DNA of 42,688 nt from Octopus sinensis (lineage: Eukaryota), in the NCBI RefSeq assembly GCF_006345805.1, contig NW_021835093.1, forward strand, positions 1 to 42,688. The letters are read 5' to 3'. This document shows positions 25,147 through 37,499 of this stretch, piece after piece. Every line of letters starts with the position of its first letter. The stretch's first letter is position 1. The notes under the pieces were generated by a model. That model made no database searches. It was given only the letters and a program-made list of their open reading frames with translations, and was not told the DNA's origin. The position numbers and the translations under genes were made by a program.

Positions 25147-28100
25147 ACTGACAGATCCCGTCTTTTTCCTTTCTTTTTTCGTTTCCTTCTCCGTATTTTA
25201 TTCTCATTATTTCGAACTAATACAGACACAGTAAGCCTTGAAGAAAGGAAGAGGAGGAAAGAAAAAAAAAAAAAATGTCCGGAGATAAAACTATCAACAA
25301 AAAAATACAGACGAATATAGATCTGCTAGTCTTAAGAAGCGGCGCTATGAGCAATGCTTACATGTAGTGAACCCTAAACTGACAGATCCATCTCCTAATA
25401 TAAGAATGGATGCTCGTCATGCTTCAAGGTCAACAAATCAAACAATAAACCGCATTGGTCATTGCGCGGATTACAAAAGACCACGTACCCGAAAATGAAC
25501 CAAATCCTGATTGAAAAATCAGTTACTGGATCAAATCTTCCCAACACACAGGAGCTGGACGAACCCCACAACCGGAATATTCCAACAGATGGCCATCCAT
25601 GCTCATCACCAAATAATCAAAAGAAAAGAAGGAAAAATGGTCTAGGGAAGATAATAAAGAAGTTCTTGAGGCCTTCTACCATGCCATATATTTCCCCACA
25701 GATAAGTCTAAGCACTGTACAAGCATACTTAAACTGGAGACAGAAACACCTGAAGTAAGACCCTACATAGACAGTAACAAGCTTGCCAATGTTAGAAGAA
25801 ACATTATAAAAAAGAAATTACTGACTGAAGTAGAGATTGATCAGGTTAGACAAGCAATATCGGATAAAATGAACGAAGCTGCAGCTAGAGAAGATAATAC
25901 AGAGGAAATGATTATAGACCAGCCCGGGCGGATAAAACGAAGAGAGGATTGAAAGAGTTAGTATAAGTGATAGGCAAAGTGAAATACGCCCTGAACCAAT
26001 CATAAACACTAAGAGAGATGAGCATCAAATAGATAAAGAAAGTCACACAAATATTGACCCAACAGAACTACATGAGCTAAAAAATCAAATCATGATTGAA
26101 TGGCTGAAAATTAAAGAAACCAGCATGGATGAGCGTGATACACTTCCTAAAATCCGCAACTCTACCAAAACATGAAAATAATTGGTAAAATCCGGCTTGC
26201 ACTTAAGGATATAATTTCAGTTAATGATGTTGATATCACAAACCTCAACCACCTATACTATGCATCCGCGAAAATCTCAACGATCCTATGTGGTGTAAAG
26301 ATTAGAAAACGGCCACAGTCCCACAAAAGCCTTCTTGGCAAGAGCGTCTGCAACAACAAATTAAAGTATTTAGATCTGACATTGAATATTTGAAAAACCT
26401 TAAGGCTCACAAGACTACCAAACCTACAAAAACCCAAAAATTACTGAAAAAATACAATATGAAAACTATACTTGATATTGATGCCACCATAGAAACCATC
26501 AAACAAAAGGTATCTGCCAAAGCTGCCCGCATAGCGAGGTATGAAAAGCGTGTTAGATTTTTCAAGGACAACAACATGTTCAAAAATAACACCAAGAATT
26601 TTTACAGGAAGATAGGAAAAACAGCGTTTACTGCAGGGTCTGTACCATCAAAAGAAGAAGTGCAGAGATTTTGGAATAAAATCTGGGCAGAAGAAAAAAC
26701 ACACAACGAAAAGGCCCCCTGGATTGACAGAATATCTACAGAACTGGACCCCATAGAAGAGCAAAAGTGGGAGGGTGTCATGGTAGAAGATATAAGATCT
26801 GCTCTCAGGAGGTCAAGCAAATGGAAGTCTCCAGGAAAGGATAAAATTCCTAACTTCTGGCTGAATGCCTTCCCAGAGAGCCATGAACTGCTAACAGAAC
26901 TGTACAATGATGTTTTGCAACACCCTAGTAGGATGCCTCCTTGGCTAGTTAATGGGTTAACATTCCTGCTTCCAAAAAGTGAAGAAACAAATGAACCAAA
27001 AAACTATAGACCCATAACCTGCTTAACAACTATGTACAAAACACTAACATCTGTCCTGACGGAATATACCTATAGTTTTTTAACAGACAGCAGCATATTC
27101 CCTAATGAACAGAAAGGATGTAAACGTGGATCCTACGGCTGTAAAGACCAACTACTCTCATCAATAAGATGATCTTAGAAGATTGTCACAAACGACACAA
27201 AAACTTATCAATAGCCTGGATAGACTATAAAAAGGCTTTTGATAGCCTACCACATAGCTGGATTAGGAAATGCCTTGAAATGTATAAGATAGCACCAACT
27301 CTGCGAAACTTCTTGACAGTAAGTATGAGATCATGGAGAACCACACTAACTCTGAACAGTGACAGTGAATCCCTAAATGCTGGTGATGTAAAAATTTCGT
27401 GTGGCATTTTCCAGGGTGACTCACTGTCACCACTCCTCTTTTGTTTATCCTTAATACCTCACTCAAAGCTGCTCAATGACGCGCAGTACGGGTATAAAAT
27501 GTTTGATAAAAATATAAATCATCTCGTTTACATGGATGATTTAAAGCTTTTTGCAAAAAATGATCAACAACTCAAGGGCTTACTAGCGATAGTCAAACAA
27601 TTCAGTGACGACATCAGAATGCAATTCGGCCTCGATAAATGTGCAAAGGCTACCTTTATCAAAGGAAAAATGACAGAAACATCTAACGTTAACCTTGACC
27701 AACAGAATGTCATAAAAGAACTAGACCCAGCGGAGAGCTACAAGTACCTAGGGGTAATTGAAGGGAACGGAATAAGGCATTCAGAGATGAAGGAAAGGAT
27801 CAGGAGAGAATGCTATCGAAGAGTGAGAGCAATACTCAAGACAGAGCTGAATGCAAGAAACAGGATCGAAGCAATCAATGCATTAGCTATACCAGTCGTG
27901 ACTTACAGTTTCAATATTGTTAACTGGTCAATTACTGAAATATGTCAGCTCGACAGAAAAATAAGGAAACTGTTGACAATGCATAGAATGCACCACCATA
28001 AGGCAGATACAGAACGACTCTATCTGCCAAGAAAAGAGGGAGGCCGTGGTCTTTTGCAACTGGCAATAACAATGAAGATTGCTACAATTGGCCTAGACAC

Positions 28101-29306
28101 CTACCTGAAAAACTCTGAGGACTTGATGTTAAAACTTGTCTCAAAACATGAAAACAAGAAAGCATCATACTCAGTCACAAAACAGGCAAAGGAATATCTA
28201 AGTGAATTCCGAATACAACCAATTTCGGAATTAGAGATAGACATACAAGAAACAAGCACAGAAAAAGCTAGGCGCATGAAAACCCGTGCCAAAACTGCGG
28301 CCTTAGATATTCTGAATAATAAATGGCAAGAAAAACCTCTCTATGGCAAATACCCAAAGAGAGCGAATAATGCAGATATCGACAAAGCCCTGACCCATCA
28401 ATGGCTAATGGCCTCTGGCTTAAAATCTGAAACAGAGGGGTTTATCATAGCAGCTCAAGATCAATGCCTACCAACAAGAAACTACCAGGCCAACATATTA
28501 AAGATCAGAAGCAGTCCAACGTGTCGTGTATGCAGGCAACAAAATGAAACCATTGACTATGTGGTCTCCAAGTGCAGTCTTCTAGCGCCTACAGAGTATC
28601 TCAACAGGCACGATAGAGCTGCACAATATATTCACTGGGTAATCTGTAAAAACCTGGATTTGCCCCATGAAAAAAACTGGTGGGAACACAAACCACCCCC
28701 AGTGCTTGAAAATGACCACATCTCACTCCTCTGGAACTCCACCATTCAAACTGACAGGAAGATAGATGCAAATAGGCCAGACATCATATTGAAAGACTTC
28801 AAACAAAGAACATGCCTCCTCATTGATATGACTGTCCCAATCGATATAAACGTATCTGTCAGGACCTACCAAAAACTGAGCAAATATAAAGATCTTGAAA
28901 TAGAAATCAGCAAAATGTGGAAGCTGAAGACTAAAACAATACCTGTTGTCATAGGTGCCCTGGGAATGATAGCAAAAGGGGCTGATAGCTACCTAACTCA
29001 GATACCAGGAAACCCAAAAATGGCAGAAGTTCAAAAGATAGTGCTCATGGAACTGCTCATATCCTACGCAAAATACTCTCTATGTAACCTCAAGGTTTAA
29101 AACAACCATAATTTTCGGTTTAAAAAAAAAAAAAAAAAAAAAAAACTTTTTTTTTTTTTAGACATTCATTAGTACAACATCCCCACCCCCCAAATATATG
29201 GCACACTAGGCATAAACACACATGAACTTCCAACCCTGTTGTCTCTTGAGGTCTCTGGGTGAGACTTGGAGCCAACTTGTACAAATATAAAGCAAAAGTC
29301 AACATA

Positions 29307-29307
<1 letters not shown>
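25147..29307 (+). mobile_element. R4/Dong-like RLE non-LTR retrotransposon, near full length (copy 3)
   Basis: Domain order is Myb-like KWSREDNKEVLEAFY..SNKLANVRRNI (~25635-25810), RT (NYRPITCL, WIDYKKAFDS, GIFQGDSLSP, YMDD at 27529-27540), CxxC knuckle (28522-28575), RLE (RPD at 28774..LIDMTV..KLSKY), 3'UTR and (AAT)n. The 5' boundary is inferred from the preceding TAA run and is uncertain. Confidence 0.9.
25493..29087 (+). pseudogene. Disrupted single ORF of the Dong-like element (RT + RLE polyprotein)
   Basis: The track ORFs 25462-25758, 26172-26393, 26390-27172 and 27169-29100 are pieces of one protein. Frameshifts include a 2-nt CT slip in DQLL-INKM (~27160) and a 1-nt loss at 29049-29050 that hides the true end VLMGTAHILRKILSM* (TAA 29085-29087, as in copies 1 and 4). 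Confidence 0.85.
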
Positions 29308-29350
<43 letters not shown>

Positions 29351-29380
29351 TTAATAATAATATTAATAATAACAAAACAA

Positions 29381-29795
29381 ACCAAAAACTGAGCAAATAT
29401 AAAGATCTTGAAATAGAAATCAGCAAAATGTGGAACCTGAAGATTAAAACAATACATGTTGTCATAGGTGCCCTGGGAATGATAGCGAAAGGGGCTGATT
29501 GCTCATAAACTCAGATACCAGGAAACCCCAAAATGGCAGAAATTCAAAAGATAATGCTCATGGGAACTGCTCATATCCTACGCAAAATACTCTCTATGTA
29601 ATCCCAAGGTTTAAAACAAACAATTTTTTTTAAAATTTATTTATTAGACATTCACTAGTACAACACAAAAAAAAACCCCAAATATACGGCACACAAGGCA
29701 TAACAACAACGTAAACTTCCAACTTGTTGTCTCTTGAGGTCTCTGGGTGAGACTTGGAGCCAACTTGTACAAACATAAAGCAAAAGTCAAACATA

Positions 29796-29796
<1 letters not shown>
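29381..29796 (+). mobile_element. R4/Dong-like copy 4 (5'-truncated, RLE end + 3'UTR)
   Basis: Begins ACCAAAAACTGAGCAAATATAAAG (as at 28868) and ends CATAG followed by (AAT)n. Confidence 0.9.
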
Positions 29797-29867
<71 letters not shown>

Positions 29868-29868
<1 letters not shown>

Positions 29869-29995
29869 CCTTTCTACTAAAGGTACAAGGCCTAGAGTTT
29901 GAGGGGACTTGTCGACTACATCGACCCCAGTGTTTCCCTGGTACTTAATTTATCAACGCCGAAAGGAAAATTCGACCACGACGGAATTTGAATTT
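29868..29995 (-). mobile_element. SINE family A, 3' portion with (ATT)n tail
   Basis: CCTTTCTACTAAAGGTACAAGGCC..CATCGACCCCAGTG..TGGTACTTAATTTATC..CGGAATTTGAA; its tail is the same TAA array that follows Dong copy 4. Confidence 0.75.
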
Positions 29996-31522
29996 GAATT
30001 TCAGTGTAACCTGAATATAATTTTTTCCCTTATACTTTTAGTTGTGCTTTTAGTTCAGGTGTGCTGCCGAATTTTGAAAAGAGTATAAGTGTGCCGCATG
30101 TGAAAAAAGGTTGCCTAGCACAGTGCTAGCGCCCACCATGCGTATGTATAGAAAGGAAGAGCAGGCTTTTAAAAACCTGTTAACATCAGGTTAGATAAGA
30201 TTAGATTTAGTGTGAGGAGAGCGTAAGAATACCAAAGGAATAACCATCACGCACACACAAACACACACACACGCACACACACACGCATACACGCACACAC
30301 AAAAGCACACATGCACGCACGCACACACAAACACTCACACACAGCCACTCACACACATAAACGCATACAAATAAACAATCAAACACGCACACACTGATAA
30401 ACACATACAAACAAACAAACACGCACACACAGAAATACACACACACACAAACACACACACACACGCACGCACACACGCACACACAAAATCACACAATCAC
30501 GCACGCACACACAAACGTTCACACACATAAACGCATACAAATAAACAAACAAACACGCACACACAAAAACATATACACACACAAAAACATATACACACGC
30601 ACGCAATACACTACTACACTGAGAACCAAAATAAGTAACTCTATTTACAGAAAGTAACCGATTCGTGCGCTAACAAGCGTGAAGAAACCTGTTAGTCAGG
30701 TCCCAGTTGACAATGATATATCTATCAATAATGATAACGCCTGGCTATATTTAGTAGGTGGTGGTGGTCGGAGAAGGAAGGAGGTCAGGAGAATTTATTT
30801 TATAAAAAGTGTTTGACTCAATTCAATTTGACGGCTTCACCTCGTCCTTTTACTGTAGAGCGCGATACGTCTTTACTGAAACACCGAATTTCAAGTCGGT
30901 TATTTCTCGCGTGAAAAGAAAGAATAACGAAAGAAATGAGTGATGGGTCTCGCTTGCTGGAATAGTTTCTGCTTGTATATCTTCATGTGTTTCTTTTGAG
31001 ATATGATTACATTGCAAATATTCATTGCTGGGTCAGACTTTTCGCTTATCTCTGTACTGCCAAGCCAAGCCAAGCAAATAATGAAATGAATATGGATGTG
31101 TGTGGGTGTGCCTGTGTATGTCTGTGTATGTGCGCACGCGCGAGCTTGTGTGTGTCTGTGTATCTATGTATATGTACATATATGTTTGTGCGTGTATATA
31201 TATATACACACAATATACAGACACAATATACAGACACACAATCACATATAAAGATACATAAATATATATATATATACATATATAATCAAGTAAATATACA
31301 TATATATTTATATATTAAATATATATGTGTGCATATATATATATATACGTGTGTGTATGTGTGTTTGTGTGTGTGTGTGAATGTATGTTTGTATCGTTGT
31401 ATATCTGTTTTTGCGTGTATAGGTGTGCATGTGTATGCGTGTGCGTGAAAAATACTCTTTCGCTTATACATATGCGCGATATATTCTCAAAATATTCACA
31501 CGCGTATGTGTGTACGTATGTC

Positions 31523-31585
<63 letters not shown>

Positions 31586-31705
31586 ATATATATATATATA
31601 TATATATAAATGTATATGCACATAGACACACATATATATACACATACAAATTTACACGCTTCTCCACAAGCATATATATGTACACGCACACACTCATTAT
31701 TCTCA

Positions 31706-31748
<43 letters not shown>

Positions 31749-31844
31749 GAGTGAGAGAGCAGTTCATGCCATCAAAGTGACACTGGGGTAAAATATACGA
31801 AGCCCAATATACCCATCATGACTACCCGTCTGATAAGGGTACAC

Positions 31845-31845
<1 letters not shown>
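31749..31845 (-). mobile_element. Family D copy 3 (5'-truncated, 97 bp)
   Basis: Reverse complement matches 19911-20007; (ATT)n on both sides on the plus strand means (AAT)n on its sense strand. Confidence 0.85.
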
Positions 31846-31919
<74 letters not shown>

Positions 31920-31951
31920 TACTATTATTATTATTATTATTATAATTATTA

Positions 31952-32157
31952 CAAACTAATTTAATTAGCAGCAATGGTATCCTAATGTTTGGTGACAACA
32001 AGTCTTTTCAACTCTCAAGATTCTTTCTTAGGATTCTCGCAGAATACAGAATGGTATTTTTCTGCCGATCGACAAATTCGTGTCTCAAAATTTCAATATT
32101 CTTCCACTTATTTGGATGCTGTACTCTGTACACCTGTTACCACAGGAACAAGGTTCG
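31952..32157 (-). mobile_element. 3' end of a second, older R4/Dong-like family
   Basis: Minus strand gives LVPVVTGVQSTASK then, after a frameshift, RQKNTILYSARILRKNLES*. This matches the RLE-LINE C-terminus (IPVVIGALG..QK..L.GTA.ILRK.L). A short 3'UTR runs into (AAT)n. Confidence 0.55.
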
Positions 32158-32159
32158 CT

Positions 32160-32870
32160 ACCTCATCCATCCCACCTCAGTCTGTGTTGCCTCTTCTGGA
32201 GTACTTTCAGGTGGAAAACCTTAGACAACTTCCATAACTCCTTGACATGGTAGTGCAACAGCTGGTGACAATCTCTTCGGGCATGGATGACCCAACAGTT
32301 GAACCCGTTCGGGATGTATTTAGCGGGGAAGAATCCTTTCAGTGTCCATACATTGCAATTTGTAGGTTTGTGTTGAGCAGCTACTGGCCTCATATAAGAC
32401 AGACGCGGCTGTCCGCCGAGTGTATAGGGAAGATCTGCACGCCAGCTTCTTTTGGCAGAGTAAGGAGTCGGATCTTTCTCTGCTTAGTGGCCGTGGTGAA
32501 AGAAGCTGTGTGGTGGACCAGTCAGAAAGGTTTGAAGACTCCTGTCTAACCAAACCCTCATCGGTTTCTTCAAATATCCTTCGAAGAGGAAGGTTGGGGT
32601 AGAGGGGAAGGTGCTGCCTTCCAATGTGCTTATCGAAAGGTGGGTGTGAGTGGCAAGACTGGAGAGGCTGAATGGATCTACTCTGAGTGTGTTTTTTGAA
32701 GTAGGAGGAAAGAAACTGGAAGATGGTATTTCCCATGCCTTGGAGCTGGCAGAGTATTCCGGGTCTTTCTGTGTTGGGTTTACCCTCAGTTACCCTGAAT
32801 GGTCTACCCAGCTATTGGGGATCCGATTTGTTAATAATTTTTATATCCTTTGGTTATATCCATACTGTTG
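32160..32870 (+). mobile_element. L1/Tx1-like LINE 3' fragment, degenerate
   Basis: DNFHNSLTW*C, DNLFGHG, FQCPYIA, RLSAEC, IFLCLVAVVKEAVWWT..KGL, LIGFFK..KRKV..ERW; homologous to 20047-20678. Confidence 0.6.
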
Positions 32871-32873
32871 CAA

Positions 32874-32888
32874 GTAGTAGTAGTAGTG

Positions 32889-32923
<35 letters not shown>

Positions 32924-32949
32924 GGTGGTGGTGGGTGGTGGTGGTGGTG

Positions 32950-33009
<60 letters not shown>

Positions 33010-33028
33010 ATAGTAGTAATAGTAGTAA
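32874..33028 (+). repeat. (GTA)n-(GGT)n-(GTA)n compound microsatellite
   Basis: Directly visible. Confidence 0.95.
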
Positions 33029-33327
33029 AAGATAGAAATAAGAATCAGCGTATTTATAGGCCAACGGCTAGAATATGCTGGTCAGTGAATCTTTGGTAAT
33101 AAACCAGCTGGATTGTTTACTTCGGATATCAGTGAGATTGGTGGCGCTAAAGTGCCAGTGTAGCACTTACATACTGGAATCTGTGTGTGTGTGTGTGAGT
33201 AGATGCATGTATGCATGGTATTCATGTACGTGTTCATCATTGTTGACTGATGAGACGTATGACATTTACATGTGGAAACTGGAAGTCTCGTCCTAATGGT
33301 TGCCGCTTACTAAATGAAACTCTCTTC

Positions 33328-33376
<49 letters not shown>

Positions 33377-33499
33377 TCCAACTTATTTGTGTTGGCTGAT
33401 TGTGTACCTATATATATATATATATATATATGCATACATACATACATACATACGAATCTGTTTGTTTGTGCACATACATATCCATATAAGTTTATGTGA

Positions 33500-33752
33500 A
33501 GGTCACATATTTAAGATCACTACACGAGTCTATATCCGGAGCCACTTATGACTCGATCCGCAAGAAATAGCAGCTAAATCTCTGTCCAATCATACACTGG
33601 TGTCTTTCATTGAAACAAAAAGTGGAGGACAGGTCGAATAATACGGCCCTGTATTCATTGTATATACGAAAAGGACGGGATGATCACGTCTTGGATACAT
33701 TTAATCATAATTCTACACAACCAGGCCTCACCTTGGGTTAAACAACAACAAC
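33500..33752 (+). mobile_element. SINE-like family E with (AAC)n tail
   Basis: CAAGAAATAGCAGCTAAATC..GGGATGATCAC..CCTTGGGTTAAACAACAACAAC; similar to 8950-9135. Confidence 0.5.
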
Positions 33753-34123
33753 AAGTCACATATCGTTATATTTTCACTCATACTTTCTGTTATTTCGATG
33801 TCTGTTTGTGTGTGTGTGTTTTTTTTTAAATTCTATTTTAAGTATTTTTTTCTTCTTTTATCAATATAATTGATAATATATTACACACCATTCTTCAGAA
33901 GACAGCAGTCTTTTACACGAATTGCTTCGGTTCCATTATTTATTATATAAACATTAAAGCAGTAATTCTTTAATGGCTGTAATCTGATGGAGGTGGAAGG
34001 TTTGGGCAGGTGGGTTGGTGCAGTATTTTTGTTTGTTTATATCTTAACTTCGTTGGAGTTGTTTAGAAATTAATGTTTCAAAACAAAATGGTTGATTTTT
34101 GTTTTTTTCATTTTACATAATTT

Positions 34124-34457
34124 TCATCTGGCTAATTGTGGAGATAATAGCAAAGTAACAATTTGCTCTTTGCTATTGTCGTCGTAGTTGTTATTGTTGA
34201 TGTTGCTGTTATTGTCGCCATCATGGTCTCTGTTGTTGTTGTTGTTGTTGTTTATTGGTGAACGTGCTGTTGCTGGTGGGGGTGTTGGTGTTAGTGTTGT
34301 TTGTGGAGGGGGGGTCATTGTCGTATTGGTGTTGACGGCCATGTTGTTGTCATTATTTTTAGTGTAGAAATCGGAGTCGAAGTCACCACTGTTGTTCGTG
34401 TTGGTGTGGTTAGTGGTGGCGCTAGTGTCGTTGTTGATATTGTTATTGTCACCATCA

Positions 34458-34488
<31 letters not shown>

Positions 34489-34565
34489 TGTTGTTGTTGT
34501 TGCTGCAGTAGTTAGTCTCCATTAGTAAACTTTGATATAAAACATTCGTTCTAGAACTTTCAATT
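34124..34565 (-). CDS. Candidate terminal coding exon of a host gene (N/D/T/P low-complexity protein end)
   Basis: Acceptor-like TTTTTTCTATTTAG immediately upstream. One nucleotide plus 147 open codons (IESSRTNVLYQSLL-METNYCSNNN..DFDSDFY..LLSPQLAR*). AATAAA on the minus strand at 33939-33944. No recognisable domain. Confidence 0.35.
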
Positions 34566-34619
34566 CTAAATAGAAAAAAATCCGTTTTCTGTTTTATTTA
34601 CGTCTTTATTTTTCTACAT

Positions 34620-35035
34620 CTACTCTCTCTCTCTCTCTCTCTCTCACTCTCTCACTTCCTCTCTCTCGCTTTCTCTCTCTCTCTCTTTCTCTCTCTCATT
34701 TTATCTTTCTTTCTCTCCCTCTCCCTCTCTCTCTCTTTCTCCTTTCTCCTCTGTCTCTCTTTTTCTCTCAAACACACGTACAATTGCTATTTCTCTGTCT
34801 GTCTCTCTCCCTCCTCTCTCTTCTTTATCCACCCCACTCTCTTTCTTTCTCTCTCCCTTTTAACTTCTTTCAAATATTCTCATTCTTCTCCGCTCACTTT
34901 CACTCTTAATCACCCCCCTCTCTCTCTCTCTCTCTCTTTTTCTCTCTCAAAAAAAGACACACTTCTTATTACTCGATCTTTCTCACCCTTCCTTTTTCTC
35001 TCTCTCTCTTCTTTGTCTGTCCCTCCTTCTCTCTC
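34620..35035 (+). repeat. (CT)-rich polypyrimidine tract
   Basis: Directly visible. Confidence 0.9.
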
Positions 35036-35817
35036 TACATCATACAACGTCAAGACAAGCTGACTCTAACACACGTCGCACGCACACACACACACACTCA
35101 TATACCACTCTCTCATTATTTATACATATACACATAATATAGACGTTGGGTTTCTTTTACTCTCTCTCTCTCTCTCTTTCTTTCTCTCTCTCCCTCTCCC
35201 CGTCTCTCTCGTCTTCCATCTACACTCCAGCCTTCCAACAAATGTCGCCAGTTCGTGGCAACATCCCTACTACAACCGACAAAGATGTTTGTCAGTTCAA
35301 ACCTGTTTGCTACATGTTAACGTCTGATCAATAATCGAGAACATCGACCACACACAGACGCCATTATGTTGTTGGCAAATTCGGGGAGGAAATGTGGTTT
35401 GAATCGGCTTTGATTTCGGACATTCTCTAACGAGGTGTTCTCCAACCAGTTTTCAATGGACATTGTCCAGTTTGATTTAGAGTTACTTCGACTTTGAACG
35501 AATTTAACGATTTCCCTTCACTTTCAGACAATACCATTCCTTAGTGGAATAATCTTGAAAGTGGTTCACTTCTACGTCTACTTGTTATTCATTAACTTGG
35601 AACATAAACACACACACACATACACACACAAACATGTACAATACGCGTGAACACACTCAAACATACATACAGACAGACAGACACACAGAGAAACATATAT
35701 ACATACATATATAATATTAAGTATATGTATATGTATATTATATATATACAATATTAAGTATACATATAATATTATATATATATCTTTATATATATATATA
35801 TATATATAATATATATA

Positions 35818-35873
<56 letters not shown>

Positions 35874-36197
35874 GATATATGTAGGTATGTATGCAGCTAG
35901 ATTTATATAAAAACAAATGTACGTTGCTTAATGTCGAACAAAAGAGAAAAAGGTGCTCAATACATGTGGTAGAGAATATGACTTTTCTATGGAAACTGTT
36001 GGTAAGAATTCTTCTCGCAGCTCGGAGTTCAGTACCCATAAAATCCTACACACATATACGCGCACACACACATACACAAAAACGTGCATCTACTTCCAAG
36101 TAAGTTTTAATATATATGTATGTGTTTTCCCGTTTTTAAATTTAAATGACTTCTAAACACCTTTCACGCTGCAATTGTTTATATATATATATATATA

Positions 36198-36553
36198 GGC
36201 GCAAGAGTGGCTGTGTGGTAAGTAGCTTGCTAACCAACCGCATGGTTCAAGGGTTCAGTCCCACTGCGTGGCACTTTGGGCAAGTGTCTTCTACTGTATC
36301 CTCGTGCCGACCAAAGCCTTGTGAGTGGATCTGGTAGACGGAAACCGAAAGAATCCGATCGTATATACATGCATATATTTGTGTGTGTGTCTGTGTTTGT
36401 CCCCCCACCATCGCTTGACAACCGATGTTGGTGCGTTTAGCAAAAGATACCGATAAAATAAGTACAAAGAATAAGTCCTGGGGTCAATTTGCTCGAATAA
36501 AGGCTGTGCTCCAGCATGGTCGCAGTCAAATGACTGAAATAAGTGAAGAAAGA
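36198..36553 (+). mobile_element. tRNA-derived SINE family C, full length
   Basis: GGCGCAAGAGTGGCTGTGTGGTAAG (A-box), GGGTTCAGTCCC (B-box), CACTTTGGGCAAGTGTCTTCTAC body, 3' CCAGCATGGTCGCAGTCAAATGACTGAAATAAG. Confidence 0.88.
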
Positions 36554-36559
36554 ACATAT

Positions 36560-36612
<53 letters not shown>

Positions 36613-36657
36613 AGATAGATATATATAGATATAGATATAGATATAGATATATGTATA

Positions 36658-36702
<45 letters not shown>

Positions 36703-37499
36703 TGCACCTGTGCGTACCACAAAAATCTATGGGTGTGCTGTGTGTGTGTGTGTGTGTGTGCGTGAGTGTGTGTACGTGTTTGCGCGTGTGTGTGTAGTGA
36801 CAGCCGTATGCTTGCATATAACAATGTGTAAAAAATGAAGGAAAAATAAAACTTTAATTGTCAACATGTTAGCAATATGGGAAAACCTCTTGATATCACT
36901 AACTTCGTTTCCATATATTTTGTTTTTTTGCCATTTTTTTTGTCCTTAGTTCAGGCAGAGAAATAAACAAGATTATTTATATTTTCTGGTAGAAGATTTT
37001 AAAATCTACAGAAAAAATATAATTTAATAAAAAAGAAAAAGGCAAAAAAAAAAAATGCAGAACAACTGCAGTAAATGAAATACCGAAATATATGTTTACA
37101 GCGTTGTGTATGTGGGGGGGGGGGGGGGTATGTATCCGTGTGTGCGTATCTGTGTATGTGTGTATTTGTACGAAATATTACAAAAATTCTTGAAATAATA
37201 AATCTGTAATGCATGTATAAAATTCATATAAAATATTCTATTTCCATGTTTTTCTGTATACATTATATTAAAATGTAAAAAATATTTTTTAAAAAATAAT
37301 AATAATAAACGGGGTATGGAATTCTATATCATTTTCTGCGGAGTAATATTAAATAAATATCGAAAGAAATAAACAGAAATTTGACTGGATTTTGGAGAAT
37401 TGGATGTCGGATATTCGTTAATTATTTTCCATTCTGCTTGAATGGACAGGCAAAAAGACGGTAACGAAGTGGCTGGTTTGATGAAGATGGAAACAGCAG

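Noticed and set aside
30060-30130. hAT-MITE-like end (GTGTGCCGC..AAAAAAGGTTG)
   Set aside because: The TIR is too degenerate and no partner end or TSD was found.
30850-30945. Short frame ARYVFTETPNFKSVISRVKRKNNERNE after CTTTTACTGTAG
   Set aside because: A single short frame with no corroborating exon or homology.
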